In this document: positions 49,501-58,301 of the stretch, in pieces | How positions within the stretch are numbered: position 1 is the stretch's first letter | Layout of the letters: each line of letters starts with the position of its first letter | NCBI GenBank assembly: GCA_031256995.1 | Contig: JAIRPL010000022.1 | Location: 1 to 64,000, forward strand | Source: Puniceicoccales bacterium | GTDB lineage: Bacteria; Verrucomicrobiota; Verrucomicrobiia; Opitutales; UBA953 | Direction of reading: 5' to 3' | DNA length: 64,000 nucleotides | Position numbers and translations under genes: made by a program | The notes under the pieces: generated by a model | Told to the model about the DNA's origin: nothing | Databases searched by the model: none | The model's input: only the letters and a program-made list of their open reading frames with translations

Positions 49501-51138
49501 GACATCGCAGAGGTTAAGGTTGGTCTGCAAACCGGCGATAACGATACCTACCTTTTTCAGAATCCAGACGCACGCGGATCCTACCGATCTATCGAGGATT
49601 ACCGGCAATATTTACTGAACGAACATGACCTAGAGCGCATTCGATCCGACGAGTCCCTGCGTCGTGAGGTCGTCCATCATGGGATTTCAAAGGACAATCG
49701 TCGTTCGTCTCGTTATTTTGGCGGCCGCTATATCGTGCCTTACGACAAGGGTGGCGAATCCGACTCTGACGAAGGCTGGATGCCAAACTATTGGGTTCCG
49801 ACCAATTATTTCATAGATTGGAGTGAGTTGGCAGTAAACCGGATGAAGACTCTGACGACCCGCGAAAGAAATCGTTCGCGCGGAGAAAACGGAGGCAACG
49901 ACTCGATTGCATCGCGGTTTCAGAACGCCGATTCCTATTTTACCAAAGGCATCACTTTTTCGATGCGAGGCGTTTACTCGCCGACGTTTCGCTTCGCCGA
50001 GTCGAACCCATTCGATGTGATGAGCTCGAAACTCTTCGCATCTGCGGGCGCATCGTTGGACGAATTGCTAGCCTGGCTCGCGTCGCGACTCGGAAAGTTC
50101 GTGATGAAGAATTATCTGGAGCACACGGTTGCGTTCGACGTCGACGCATTGAAAGAAGTGCCGATTCGGTTTTGTCCAACCGAGGCTCAGGAAGCAGCCA
50201 AACTCGTGAATCGAGTGATGGAGATGCAGCGCCGGAATCCGCGTTACGACTACGCCAGCAGCGAGCAGCTCGAAATCGACCGCCTCGTCTATGCGGCCTA
50301 CGGATTGAATGAAACGGACATCCGCGAAGTCGAGGACTGGTATGCTCGTCGCTACCCCAAACTCGCGAAGGCGCAGAAGGAAAACCTTGCGGCCAAACTC
50401 GGCCAAACCGTCGACCAGCTTGCGCCGCCCCGCGTTGTTCATCTCTACTGCGACGAAAGCCGCCACCTCCCCCACGACCGCGAGTCGCACATGCTCCTCG
50501 GCCTCGTCTCCTGCCCCGCCGACAAGGTCCGCGCCAGTCATCTGGAACTACGTGATCTTGCCCGCCGTCACGGTCTTACAGACGACTACGAAATGAAATG
50601 GACGCATGTCCGCCCCGGCAAACTGCCCTTCTACGAAGCCGTGATAGATTGGTTCTTCGCCCGCGACTATCTTTCCTTCCGCGCGCTTCTGCTGCCCGAC
50701 AAGCACGAGGTTTATCAGCGCCTGCCCGAAGACAGCCAGGACATCGCCTATTACCGCCTCTACGCCCAGCTTCTGCTCGCCGCCATGGAGCCGGAAAATC
50801 GCCATCGCGCCTTTATAGACCAAAAGGACACCCGCGGCGGCCACAAGATCGACGAGGTGCAAAAGATGCTGCGTTTCGCCCGCAACGACGCTGATGGCCA
50901 GACTGTCCAGAGCCTGCAACAAATCCAGAGCCACGAAGCCAGACTGCTCCAGCTCACCGATGTCCTTCTCGGCGCCTTGGGTGCCGCCCGTCTCGGGCGA
51001 ACACTCCCGCCCCCCAAGCAAGCCTTGGTCAGCAAAATCGCCGCCGCCATTGGCAGCCCATTGGTATGGGACACTGCCGGGTTTTCGCGGAAATTCGCCA
51101 TCTCCACCTTCCACGACATCGACAGCCTCGTCTCATGA
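46477..51138 (+). CDS. 1553-aa gamma-class N6-adenine DNA methyltransferase (PglX/DrmMI/type IIG-like) with a ~430-aa N-terminal region of unknown function and a C-terminal DUF3800-like domain
   Basis: GSYYTPRRIVDYMV; motif I VLDPACGSGAFP; motif IV IVIGNPPYGG; C-terminal HLYCDESRHLPHDRESHMLLGLV (DUF3800-like DES motif). Confidence 0.85.
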   Translation: MPETLHSSLRSALAAFNGQPLREAALGFFGACGYRSARVLPINSLAELRARFDTDGLLTEANAALSRWRSIHFLFQLTDAELRTATEGALDLDIAEPYETKDIRSYLFFALDLEARPDGLPTTRKELSEITRALNRLVPQPILVLFRCGDLLSLAIINRRKNLRDGTRDVLTRVSLIRDIAPVAPHRAHLDLLGRFSLRQLRTHGDEIRTFTQLDNAWQKLFSIQELKDSFYRDLVTWFRWAAAEIKLARLPDHTPDDIAHRARATQEFTVRLICRTLFAWFLKEMRLIPAELLELYTITDQRRVLTRAPYDPESNHYYRGVLQNIFFQALNRPMDQRRKTGPAAAQDRTVTRAELKQLAYLGKNHLPETFDYDLFDRIPYLNGGLFDALPEDNASDTIDDGALRVPDKLFYATAADGFAIEVGGKKKAKYSTEGLNRILDRYRFTVAENTPLEEDVALDPELLGLVFENLLAEIDPDDKAAAESARKASGSYYTPRRIVDYMVNEALHLHLRTRFEQIGATRDDLQLLAHLCFESGEDLDFSPIAGRVVDILESTRVLDPACGSGAFPMGMLHRMVTLLGRVDPDNARWKQRLLDRLPAPMRDDASRGMEGKSYDYLRKLGVIQKNLYGVDIQPLAALIAKLRFFLTLVIEQDVQLADRAHNYGLQSLPNLETNLVCANTLCNAEHDLLAGPTLENLRRIREEYYQPGTPRERRDALALEIGGQLATLFPGFAEKTKGIHSANAQMRYEQDRQWLAEWFKHATVAAPFFNVETFFPELVGEGANRHPAPFHIVIGNPPYGGTKIGEELQEQLGLGSKDPYGAFIARFLGDPARPSPLAEGGVLAYIVSDTFMTIKAHRPLREQMLRHRVHKMIRVAGDTFKATVNCAVILTQRGPSTADHTCQMADLTNVSIHDRFEYFLHLLYQTEGTGPISRRQNVSNQTYAIYHYRQSLITTNSNLPFFVASPKLFALMNDTSAPVSHEIISGKRVPVRTITLNGNAVRLVKLRDIAEVKVGLQTGDNDTYLFQNPDARGSYRSIEDYRQYLLNEHDLERIRSDESLRREVVHHGISKDNRRSSRYFGGRYIVPYDKGGESDSDEGWMPNYWVPTNYFIDWSELAVNRMKTLTTRERNRSRGENGGNDSIASRFQNADSYFTKGITFSMRGVYSPTFRFAESNPFDVMSSKLFASAGASLDELLAWLASRLGKFVMKNYLEHTVAFDVDALKEVPIRFCPTEAQEAAKLVNRVMEMQRRNPRYDYASSEQLEIDRLVYAAYGLNETDIREVEDWYARRYPKLAKAQKENLAAKLGQTVDQLAPPRVVHLYCDESRHLPHDRESHMLLGLVSCPADKVRASHLELRDLARRHGLTDDYEMKWTHVRPGKLPFYEAVIDWFFARDYLSFRALLLPDKHEVYQRLPEDSQDIAYYRLYAQLLLAAMEPENRHRAFIDQKDTRGGHKIDEVQKMLRFARNDADGQTVQSLQQIQSHEARLLQLTDVLLGALGAARLGRTLPPPKQALVSKIAAAIGSPLVWDTAGFSRKFAISTFHDIDSLVS

Positions 51139-51635
51139 GTACCGCAACTTGGCTTCCAGCCCGATTGGACCGGGCCGATTATTCTGACGACGACGCTCTC
51201 GAAGCCGCCGCGTGGATCGCCTTCCAAAGGGACTTTGCCACCGCCCCAACCTTCCGCTCCGAACGCGTCAACATCAACCGCCAACCCCACCCGGCACGCT
51301 CCGACCGACACCACAGTTATTGGCACTCCGTGACCGAAGGTCAGCCCGAGCACACTCGCACTACGCCTGAATTAGAGCGCTTGGAGCGTATTCCTTGGGC
51401 TCGACCGGTGATCGAGAACGAAGCCTGTCCTCACTCCTCAATCAAAGTCTGGAGCAACCAACGGAACGGCAACACTCATGTCTGCATCTGGTTTGACCAA
51501 ATCAATTACCTTATCGTGCTCAAGCGGCTCACAACGAACTATCTCCTGAAAACCACCTACAGCCCGGAACCCCAACGCCACCAGCAGCTTCACAAGGAAT
51601 ACGCCCGTTGGAAAAAAAGCGGGGCGCGGCTGTGA
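51135..51635 (+). CDS. hypothetical 166-aa protein translationally coupled to the MTase
   Basis: ATG overlaps the MTase stop (ATGA at 51135-51138). His/Cys/Trp-rich (HHSYWHS, CPHSS, HVCIWF); no family recognised. Confidence 0.45.
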   Translation: MSTATWLPARLDRADYSDDDALEAAAWIAFQRDFATAPTFRSERVNINRQPHPARSDRHHSYWHSVTEGQPEHTRTTPELERLERIPWARPVIENEACPHSSIKVWSNQRNGNTHVCIWFDQINYLIVLKRLTTNYLLKTTYSPEPQRHQQLHKEYARWKKSGARL

Positions 51636-52151
51636 ACCGCGCCCTAATGCACCTTCCACATGAGGTGGATGCGACCCGGGCATCCTCGCGCAACCGGAGT
51701 CGAGTGCAAGCAAAACCTGAAAAACAATGAAGCCTCCGCCGCGGCGGAAGCCTGGCTCCTTTCGCACATGGTGAATGAGTTGGAGAGGTTGTCGTCCAAT
51801 TTCGGAAAAAGTGAAGCCCCCAATCGCATGCAGCGTTGGCTCATCAAGTTCGTCCCCTTTCGTACCACATAAAACGGCATCGCCCGCACTAGGACCTTCA
51901 CCTTGCGAGACGTGCGCAGTTCGGAGGCTCGTCGGCAGTGACAGATTATCCAGCTCGCATAAACTGCATGCCTTGCGAGGTGCGCGGTTCGCCGACACCG
52001 AGCTGTTTGAGCGGCCGTTTCCCGGAGAACGGGCCAGGGCACTGGGCATCCGCAACAATTTCACTTCTCCCGTCAAGGTGCCTGAAAGGGCATTTGCCGA
52101 AATCCACCGGCACGGCATGAAACTGTCCGTTTCGTCCTGAACACCTCCCGC

Positions 52152-52580
52152 ATGCCCAGTTTGACCCGCATAACACTTCCAACCGCCGCACGATGGACTC
52201 CCGCGCTCCAATCCCTGCCCGCGCTCGCCATCCGGCAGCCTTACGCGTGGCTGGTGGTCAACGGAATCAAGGACATCGAAAACCGCTCCCGCCGGACCCA
52301 CCACCGGGGAAAAGTGCTGATCCATGCCTCGCTAAATGAGGACCTGCTTTTCGACGACTCCCTGGCCGCGCTGAGCATCCGCGCCGGCATCGAGCTGCCC
52401 GAGTCCTACGACATCGGCGGGATAGTCGGCGTCGCCGAGATCGTCGGCTGCGAACGCCGCCACGAGTCCGACTGGAAAAATCCGTCGAGCTGGGGCTGGG
52501 TCCTGGCCAATGCGCGGCCCTTGCCGTTCCGGCCCTGCAAGGGGGCGCTCGGATTTTTCCGCCCCAAGTTCGCCGATTGA
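52152..52580 (+). CDS. ASCH-domain (PUA-like) protein
   Basis: IRQPYAWLVVNGIKDIENRSRRTHHRGKVLIHAS is the ASCH core motif; 142 aa. Confidence 0.7.
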   Translation: MPSLTRITLPTAARWTPALQSLPALAIRQPYAWLVVNGIKDIENRSRRTHHRGKVLIHASLNEDLLFDDSLAALSIRAGIELPESYDIGGIVGVAEIVGCERRHESDWKNPSSWGWVLANARPLPFRPCKGALGFFRPKFAD

Positions 52581-52689
52581 AATACCGCTCCAGACATCGC
52601 CTCCATCAAGGATCCCGCGCGAGTGTTTGCCCCCCCCGGGCCGAGGCCGAACGCGGCCGTGCCCACATGCGCCAGCTGGCGGCGGAGCA

Positions 52690-52743
<54 letters not shown>

Positions 52744-52820
52744 TACGGCGGGGCGGCGAAAAACCTGCGGGGCGAAGGCTTTTTTCGGATTTTTCGGGGT
52801 GGGCGGGCGAAAAAATGGCA

Positions 52821-53891
52821 TCACAACGTTGCCCGCAGATTCGTGGCGTGGAGCAGGGCGATGCAATCGGAAGCGTCGTGCGTGGGGAGCCAGTTGAATT
52901 CAAGGGCGGGGTATTCGGCCTCGAGCTTTTCCCGAAGGCCGCCAACTTCAATGAGGAGGATGCCGTTGGGCGCGAGGAGGCGTGTGGATTGCGCGAGGAG
53001 GCGCCGTATGACGTCCATGCCTTCCGGGCCGGAGACGAGCGCCTGGGGCGGCTCTTTGCGGAATTCCTCCGGCAGGTTTTTGAGCACGTCCTCCGGCTCA
53101 TAGGGCGGGTTGCACAGGATGATGTCGTAACCTCCCGCGGGAAGTGAATCTGGCGGCACCCCTTCCAGCACGTCGGCGCGGTGGAGATGGATGCGGTCCC
53201 GCAGGCCGTAGTCGGCGACATTGAGGGCGGCGACCTCGAGGGCGGCGGTTGAGAGGTCCGTGGCGTCGATGACGGTTTCCGGGCAGGCCAGGGCGAGCAG
53301 GATGGCGAGGCAGCCGGAGCCTGTGCAGACATCCGCGGCGCGCATGGGGGCATCCACGTCGCCAAGCCAGTCCTGAAGTTGCCCGGGAATGATCTCGAGA
53401 AAGTAGGAACGCGGAATGATGACGCGCGGGTCAACGCGAAAGGAGTGTTCGCCGAGCCAGGCCTCGCCTGTGATGTAGGCGGCGGGTTCGCGGCCGAAGG
53501 CGCGTCGCGCGAGCACCTCGCAAAGGGCGGCCGCCTCGTCTTCCGTGAGACGGGCGTCGAGGAATTGCGCCCAGAGTTCGTCATTGCGCGGCAGGTGAAG
53601 GGCGTGCCGCAGGAGCCAGACGGCCTCGGCCGTGGCGTCCGGGGCGCCCTGTCCGAAAAAGAGTTTTTGGGCGTTGAAGAGGCTCGTGGCGTAGCGGAGC
53701 CAGTCGCGCAACGTGAACAGCCTTCCCTTGGTCTCGCGGGCGATGCGGGCGGCGTTGTCGTTTGCTTTCCTGACCGGGGCCGGTGGCGATTTTTTCTTAG
53801 GCATGTTTTTATTTATCGTGGGTGCCTTCCGGGGAGAAGATGCGGATGTCCGGCGCGCGCCTTTCACTCCTGCCAGTGTTTCACGAGCCAT
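52821..53891 (-). CDS. prmB: 50S ribosomal protein L3 glutamine N5-methyltransferase (PrmB/YfcB; HemK family); start uncertain
   Basis: LFTLRDWLRYATSLF; AYITGEAWLGEHSFRVDPRVIIPRSY; motif I ADVCTGSGCLAI; ILCNPPYEP. Collinear with E. coli PrmB as recalled. Confidence 0.8.
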   Translation of the reverse strand: MARETLAGVKGARRTSASSPRKAPTINKNMPKKKSPPAPVRKANDNAARIARETKGRLFTLRDWLRYATSLFNAQKLFFGQGAPDATAEAVWLLRHALHLPRNDELWAQFLDARLTEDEAAALCEVLARRAFGREPAAYITGEAWLGEHSFRVDPRVIIPRSYFLEIIPGQLQDWLGDVDAPMRAADVCTGSGCLAILLALACPETVIDATDLSTAALEVAALNVADYGLRDRIHLHRADVLEGVPPDSLPAGGYDIILCNPPYEPEDVLKNLPEEFRKEPPQALVSGPEGMDVIRRLLAQSTRLLAPNGILLIEVGGLREKLEAEYPALEFNWLPTHDASDCIALLHATNLRATL

Positions 53892-54700
53892 TCGGGGGTC
53901 CGGAGGTAACTCTTGAGGTCCTTCATGAGGCCTATGCGCGAGCCGTCGTGCATGGCATGCCCATATTCGCGAAAGGCGCTCCGGATGTGCTGCCAGGGCG
54001 TGTGCGTGGTCTCGTCATGCCACCAGTGGCCCTTGACGATTTGCTCCGGGTTTGGCCCGCCGGGAAAGGTCACGATTTTGCAGTCTCGCGGCAGTTGCGG
54101 TGGCAGGAAGTAGCGCAGGGGGAGGGGGGGGAGGCAATGCAGCCGGAAATGTTTTGTCCACGTCTCGGGCCAGAACTTGATGCCGTTGCGAATGCCGTGG
54201 GTCACGTAATGCTGCTCAAATTGGTACTTGTGGGCGATGCCCGCCGGATCGGCCCGCAGGTTGTCGAGCATGTAGGCGTGCGCGCCGACCTTGAAACGGA
54301 ACACGCTGGTCTGGCCAAGCCGCCGCAGGGGCCTCGCCCAGTTGCGCGCGGTGATGACGTCGTCGGACGAGCCGTAGGTGAAATAGTCGTCCATGTTGCC
54401 CACGATCGCGGAGTCGAGGTCGAGGAAAAGCACCGTCCCGGTGACGCCGCCGGGCAGCTCCCTTGCCCAGAGGGCCTGTTTTCTCCATTTCCCCGGGGAG
54501 TCCGGGGGGATCTGGCACCCAAGCTCCGGGAGCGCGTGGCAGGCGATCTCGGGCCGGATGCCGGCGGCATCGTCGGTGAAGCAGTGCAGCTTGAACGCGC
54601 CCGTGATGTTGCGCGCGCACATCGCGTAGAGAACGTTGACGTAACGCGCGGGATACGCGGTTCCCCACTTGATACAAATGATCTGCTTGTCAGGGCGCAC
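53864..54700 (-). CDS. hypothetical protein, possibly a nucleotide-sugar transferase-like; GTG start inferred
   Basis: Protein-like composition (W/Y/K-rich) versus a junk-like opposite strand. The ORF cannot extend past 54736 because of the tRNA; GTG at 54698-54700 with GGAAGG six nt upstream. Confidence 0.4.
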   Translation of the reverse strand: MRPDKQIICIKWGTAYPARYVNVLYAMCARNITGAFKLHCFTDDAAGIRPEIACHALPELGCQIPPDSPGKWRKQALWARELPGGVTGTVLFLDLDSAIVGNMDDYFTYGSSDDVITARNWARPLRRLGQTSVFRFKVGAHAYMLDNLRADPAGIAHKYQFEQHYVTHGIRNGIKFWPETWTKHFRLHCLPPLPLRYFLPPQLPRDCKIVTFPGGPNPEQIVKGHWWHDETTHTPWQHIRSAFREYGHAMHDGSRIGLMKDLKSYLRTPEWLVKHWQE

Positions 54701-54735
54701 GAGAGGCCTTCCAGCCGGTTGTTGGATTTTTGAAA

Positions 54736-54824
<89 letters not shown>

Positions 54825-54947
54825 GAGTGGCCGGGGAGGGAAGACAGGCGGCGGATGTTGGCAAGCCGCATTTGGCGGACGCCGGCGGGCGGGCGGGCGG
54901 GCGCAAGGCGTGTTGCGCGGGACGCGCGGGCGGCCATTTTCCCACGC

Positions 54948-55574
54948 ATGGACAGGCAAGAGCGGGCGGATTTTGTGGATTTTCGGCTGGCGGAGCTGTA
55001 TCCGGACCCGCCGATCCCGCTGGCGCACCGCGACCCGTTCACACTGCTCGTGGCGGTGCTGCTTTCGGCGCGGTGCACGGACAGGCGCGTCAACGCCGTG
55101 ACGCCGGAGCTGTTCCGGCTGGCGGACGCGCCGGAGGCGATGGCGCGGCAGGATGTGGCGGCCGTGCGCTCGATCATCCGCCCATGCGGCCTGGCCCCCC
55201 GCAAGGCGGAGGCCATCCTGGGGTTGTCGCGCCTGCTGTGCGAGCGGCACGGCGGCCGGGTTCCGGCGGATTTCACGGCGCTGGAGGCCCTGCCGGGCGT
55301 GGGCCACAAGACCGCCTCGGTGGTGATGGCCCAGGCATTCGGGGTCCCGGCCTTTCCCGTGGACACGCATGTCCACCGCCTGGCGGGCCGCTGGCGGCTC
55401 AGTGACGGCGGCAGCGTCGAGAGGACGGAGCGCGACTTGAAGCGCCTGTTCCCCAAATCCTCCTGGAACCGCCTGCATCTGCGTTTCATCCTCTACGGGC
55501 GCGAGCACTGCACGGCGCGCGGGTGCGACGGGAGCCGCTGCGGGATTTGCCGCGGGGTGAACGGGGTGCGCTGA
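54948..55574 (+). CDS. nth: endonuclease III (DNA glycosylase/AP lyase)
   Basis: HhH-GPD LPGVGHKTASVVM; catalytic Lys and Asp; [4Fe-4S] loop CTARGCDGSRCGIC. Internal ATG at 54948. Confidence 0.9.
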   Translation: MDRQERADFVDFRLAELYPDPPIPLAHRDPFTLLVAVLLSARCTDRRVNAVTPELFRLADAPEAMARQDVAAVRSIIRPCGLAPRKAEAILGLSRLLCERHGGRVPADFTALEALPGVGHKTASVVMAQAFGVPAFPVDTHVHRLAGRWRLSDGGSVERTERDLKRLFPKSSWNRLHLRFILYGREHCTARGCDGSRCGICRGVNGVR

Positions 55575-55698
55575 CCCGCGCGTCGCCCGCGCCGAGGCTG
55601 CCGCCAACGCCGGACTGGCGGGCGGGAAGGGCGGCGGGGCCTGCGTCCTGTCATCCGGCTTGCCCCTCGGATCCCTGTTTTCATGCTGCGGGCAACAC

Positions 55699-57840
55699 AT
55701 GAGCAAAGAGATCTTGAACGCATCCCCGGCGCCCGCGCGCCACTGCGCGTCGCGTTATCGCGCGCTGCGCCGGGCCACGCGCGTTGTGAACGTCGGCGGC
55801 GTTGCCATCGGCGGGGCAAACCCCATCCGGCTGCAGTCCATGACAACCTCCAACACCCTGGATGTCGCCGGGACGGTCCGCCAGTGCGTGGCCCTCGCCG
55901 AGGCCGGGTGCGAGATCATCCGCATCACCGCGCCGACGGTCGCCGCGGCGGCGGCCCTCGGGGAGATCAGCGCCCGGTTTCGCGCCGACGGCTTTTCGCA
56001 GCCCCTCGTGGCCGACATTCACTTCCTGCCCGCCGCCGCGATGGAGGCCGTCGAGCACGTGGAGAAGGTCCGCGTCAATCCGGGCAATTTTGCCGACAAA
56101 AAGGCGAGGGCCGCCTACTCCGACACCGAGTACGCCGCGGCGCTGCGGCATCTCCATGACACGGCCACGCCGCTCATCCTGCGCGCCAAGGCGCTGGGGC
56201 GCGCATTGCGGATCGGCACCAACCACGGCTCGCTTTCCGACCGCATCGTCAACCGCTACGGCGACTCGCCGCTGGGCATGGTTGAGTCCGCCCTCGAATT
56301 CATCCGCGTGTGCGAAAGCCACGGCTTCCGGGACATCGTGCTCTCGATGAAGTCCTCAAACCCCAAGGTGATGATCGCCGCCTACCGGCTGGCGGCGATC
56401 AAGATGGCCGAGGAGGGCATGGACTACCCGCTGCATCTCGGCGTGACCGAGGCCGGCGAGGGGCAGGACGGGCGCATCAAGTCGGCCATCGGCATCGGCG
56501 CGCTGCTGATGGACGGCCTTGGGGACACCATCCGCGTCTCGCTCACGGAGGATCCGTGGTACGAGATCCCGGTCGCCAAAGACCTGGCGGCGCGCGCGCA
56601 GGCCCTGTGGGCGCGAAACGCGGGAACGCAGGCGAAGGCCGGCCCCGATGACGGGTTTGGCTCCGTGGACCCGCTGGAATGCCTCCGGCGGGAGACGGAT
56701 GGCGGCCCCCTCATCCTGGCGCCAGGCGGCGGCGAGGGCGCGCCCCCCGCCATTTCCTCCGCAAACCCGCCGCGCGTCATCGTGCCCGTGGCGAGTCCGC
56801 TTTCCGATGCCGCCGGCATCGCGCGCGAGCTTCGCGAGGCCCACGCCGGGCAGCCCAGGGAGGTGCGCGCCGAGGGGGTGCTTGTGCGCGTCGGGAAGGC
56901 GGAGGAGCTTCGGTTTCTCAAGCCCGCGCTTGAGGCCGCCGCCGCCGAGGCCGCCGTGCTGTTCCTTGAGTTCTCCGGGGATCTCACGCCCGCCGCCATG
57001 GAGCCTTTTTTGCCGACGCCGGCGCCGGATGGCGCGCGGTGTCCCGCCGCAAGCGCGCCATTCGTGGTCTGCCGCTTTGGGAGCGGGGCCACACCGGAGG
57101 GCTATGCCGCGTGGGCGCGTCTGGCGGGCCGGCTGGGCCGGCTGGTTTTGGACGCGGATGCCGGGACGCTGGACATGCTTGCGGCGGCGGTGAAGGACAC
57201 GGCCGCCCGCCACGGCGTCGCCCCGGTTCTTCACGCCCTTTCGGCCCCGGAATCCGGGCGGCACGCCGTCGGCAGTCACCGCGCGCTCGCCGAGGCATTG
57301 GCGCGCCATGGTCTCAACGCGCCATTGTGGCTTCGCGCGACGGCCGCCAACGCCATTGATCCCGGCGCGCCCAACGATTTTCCAGCGCGCCTCCTTGAGG
57401 CCTCGATGTTCGCCGGCACCCTCTTCTGCGACGGCCTCGGGGACGCCTTGAGCATTGAGACCGCGCCCCTGCCCGCGAAGGCGCTCACGCTGGCCTACAA
57501 CATTTTGCAAGGCGCCCGCATGCGCGCCTCAAAGACCGAATACGTGGCGTGCCCAAGTTGCGGGCGCACCTTGTTCGACATCCAGAGCACCACGAAAAAA
57601 ATCAAGGCGCGCACGGGGCACCTGAAAGGAGTCACGATCGGCGTGATGGGCTGCATCGTGAACGGCCCCGGGGAGATGGCCGATGCCGACTTTGGCTATG
57701 TCGGCGGCGCCCCAGGGAAAATCAACCTCTATGTGCGCCGCGATTGCGTGAAAATTGGCGTCGCCCAGGAGGAGGCCGTGGAGCGCTTGGTTGACCTCAT
57801 CAAGGAGCATGGCCGCTGGCGCGAACCGGACTGCGCATAG
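55699..57840 (+). CDS. ispG: 4-hydroxy-3-methylbut-2-enyl diphosphate synthase, long form with inserted domain
   Basis: TIM-barrel N-domain VGGVAIGGANPIRLQSMTT; C-terminal 4Fe-4S domain ACPSCGRT...GCIVNGPGE. Confidence 0.92.
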   Translation: MSKEILNASPAPARHCASRYRALRRATRVVNVGGVAIGGANPIRLQSMTTSNTLDVAGTVRQCVALAEAGCEIIRITAPTVAAAAALGEISARFRADGFSQPLVADIHFLPAAAMEAVEHVEKVRVNPGNFADKKARAAYSDTEYAAALRHLHDTATPLILRAKALGRALRIGTNHGSLSDRIVNRYGDSPLGMVESALEFIRVCESHGFRDIVLSMKSSNPKVMIAAYRLAAIKMAEEGMDYPLHLGVTEAGEGQDGRIKSAIGIGALLMDGLGDTIRVSLTEDPWYEIPVAKDLAARAQALWARNAGTQAKAGPDDGFGSVDPLECLRRETDGGPLILAPGGGEGAPPAISSANPPRVIVPVASPLSDAAGIARELREAHAGQPREVRAEGVLVRVGKAEELRFLKPALEAAAAEAAVLFLEFSGDLTPAAMEPFLPTPAPDGARCPAASAPFVVCRFGSGATPEGYAAWARLAGRLGRLVLDADAGTLDMLAAAVKDTAARHGVAPVLHALSAPESGRHAVGSHRALAEALARHGLNAPLWLRATAANAIDPGAPNDFPARLLEASMFAGTLFCDGLGDALSIETAPLPAKALTLAYNILQGARMRASKTEYVACPSCGRTLFDIQSTTKKIKARTGHLKGVTIGVMGCIVNGPGEMADADFGYVGGAPGKINLYVRRDCVKIGVAQEEAVERLVDLIKEHGRWREPDCA

Positions 57841-58301
57841 GGCATTGCCAGCCCGATCGGGCGCGGATGGCAGGGCGGTTTCATCAAAACCGCAATGGCG
57901 GCCCGCAAAATAGCGCCTGCCAAACCGGGGAATCTGCCTCCGCGATGACGTCCGCGTTTGCGGGCGAGGCGGCGCTTGTCCCGAGCCGGCTTCTCTTGAG
58001 GGGTGCGGAGTAAAGTTCATATTCGCTGTTGCGGCCGCCGGGGCGCGCAAACAGATTGGCTTTACCCTCATGCACGCCCTCAAGAACACCGCAGCGCCGC
58101 CCGGCCTTGTTCCACACGATAGGCACGCGGCAGGGGCCGCCCATGATGCGGAATCGCTCACCCCGCTGGAAAAGCGTTGCGAGGAATGCGGAACGATCCG
58201 CCCTGTCATTCACGATGAATTCCCGGCGCGCGCCGGTCCAAATCCGACCATCAACCGGACAACCCCCAATGTCGCGTTCCTGTAATGCCGCCGGGCAATC
58301 G

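Noticed and set aside
38715-51138. Calling the locus canonical DISARM or BREX
   Set aside because: No DUF1998 DrmA/DrmB, PglZ, BrxC or BrxL homologue was recognised. Only the SNF2, PLD and long-MTase parts are present, so it is reported as DISARM-like/novel rather than classified.
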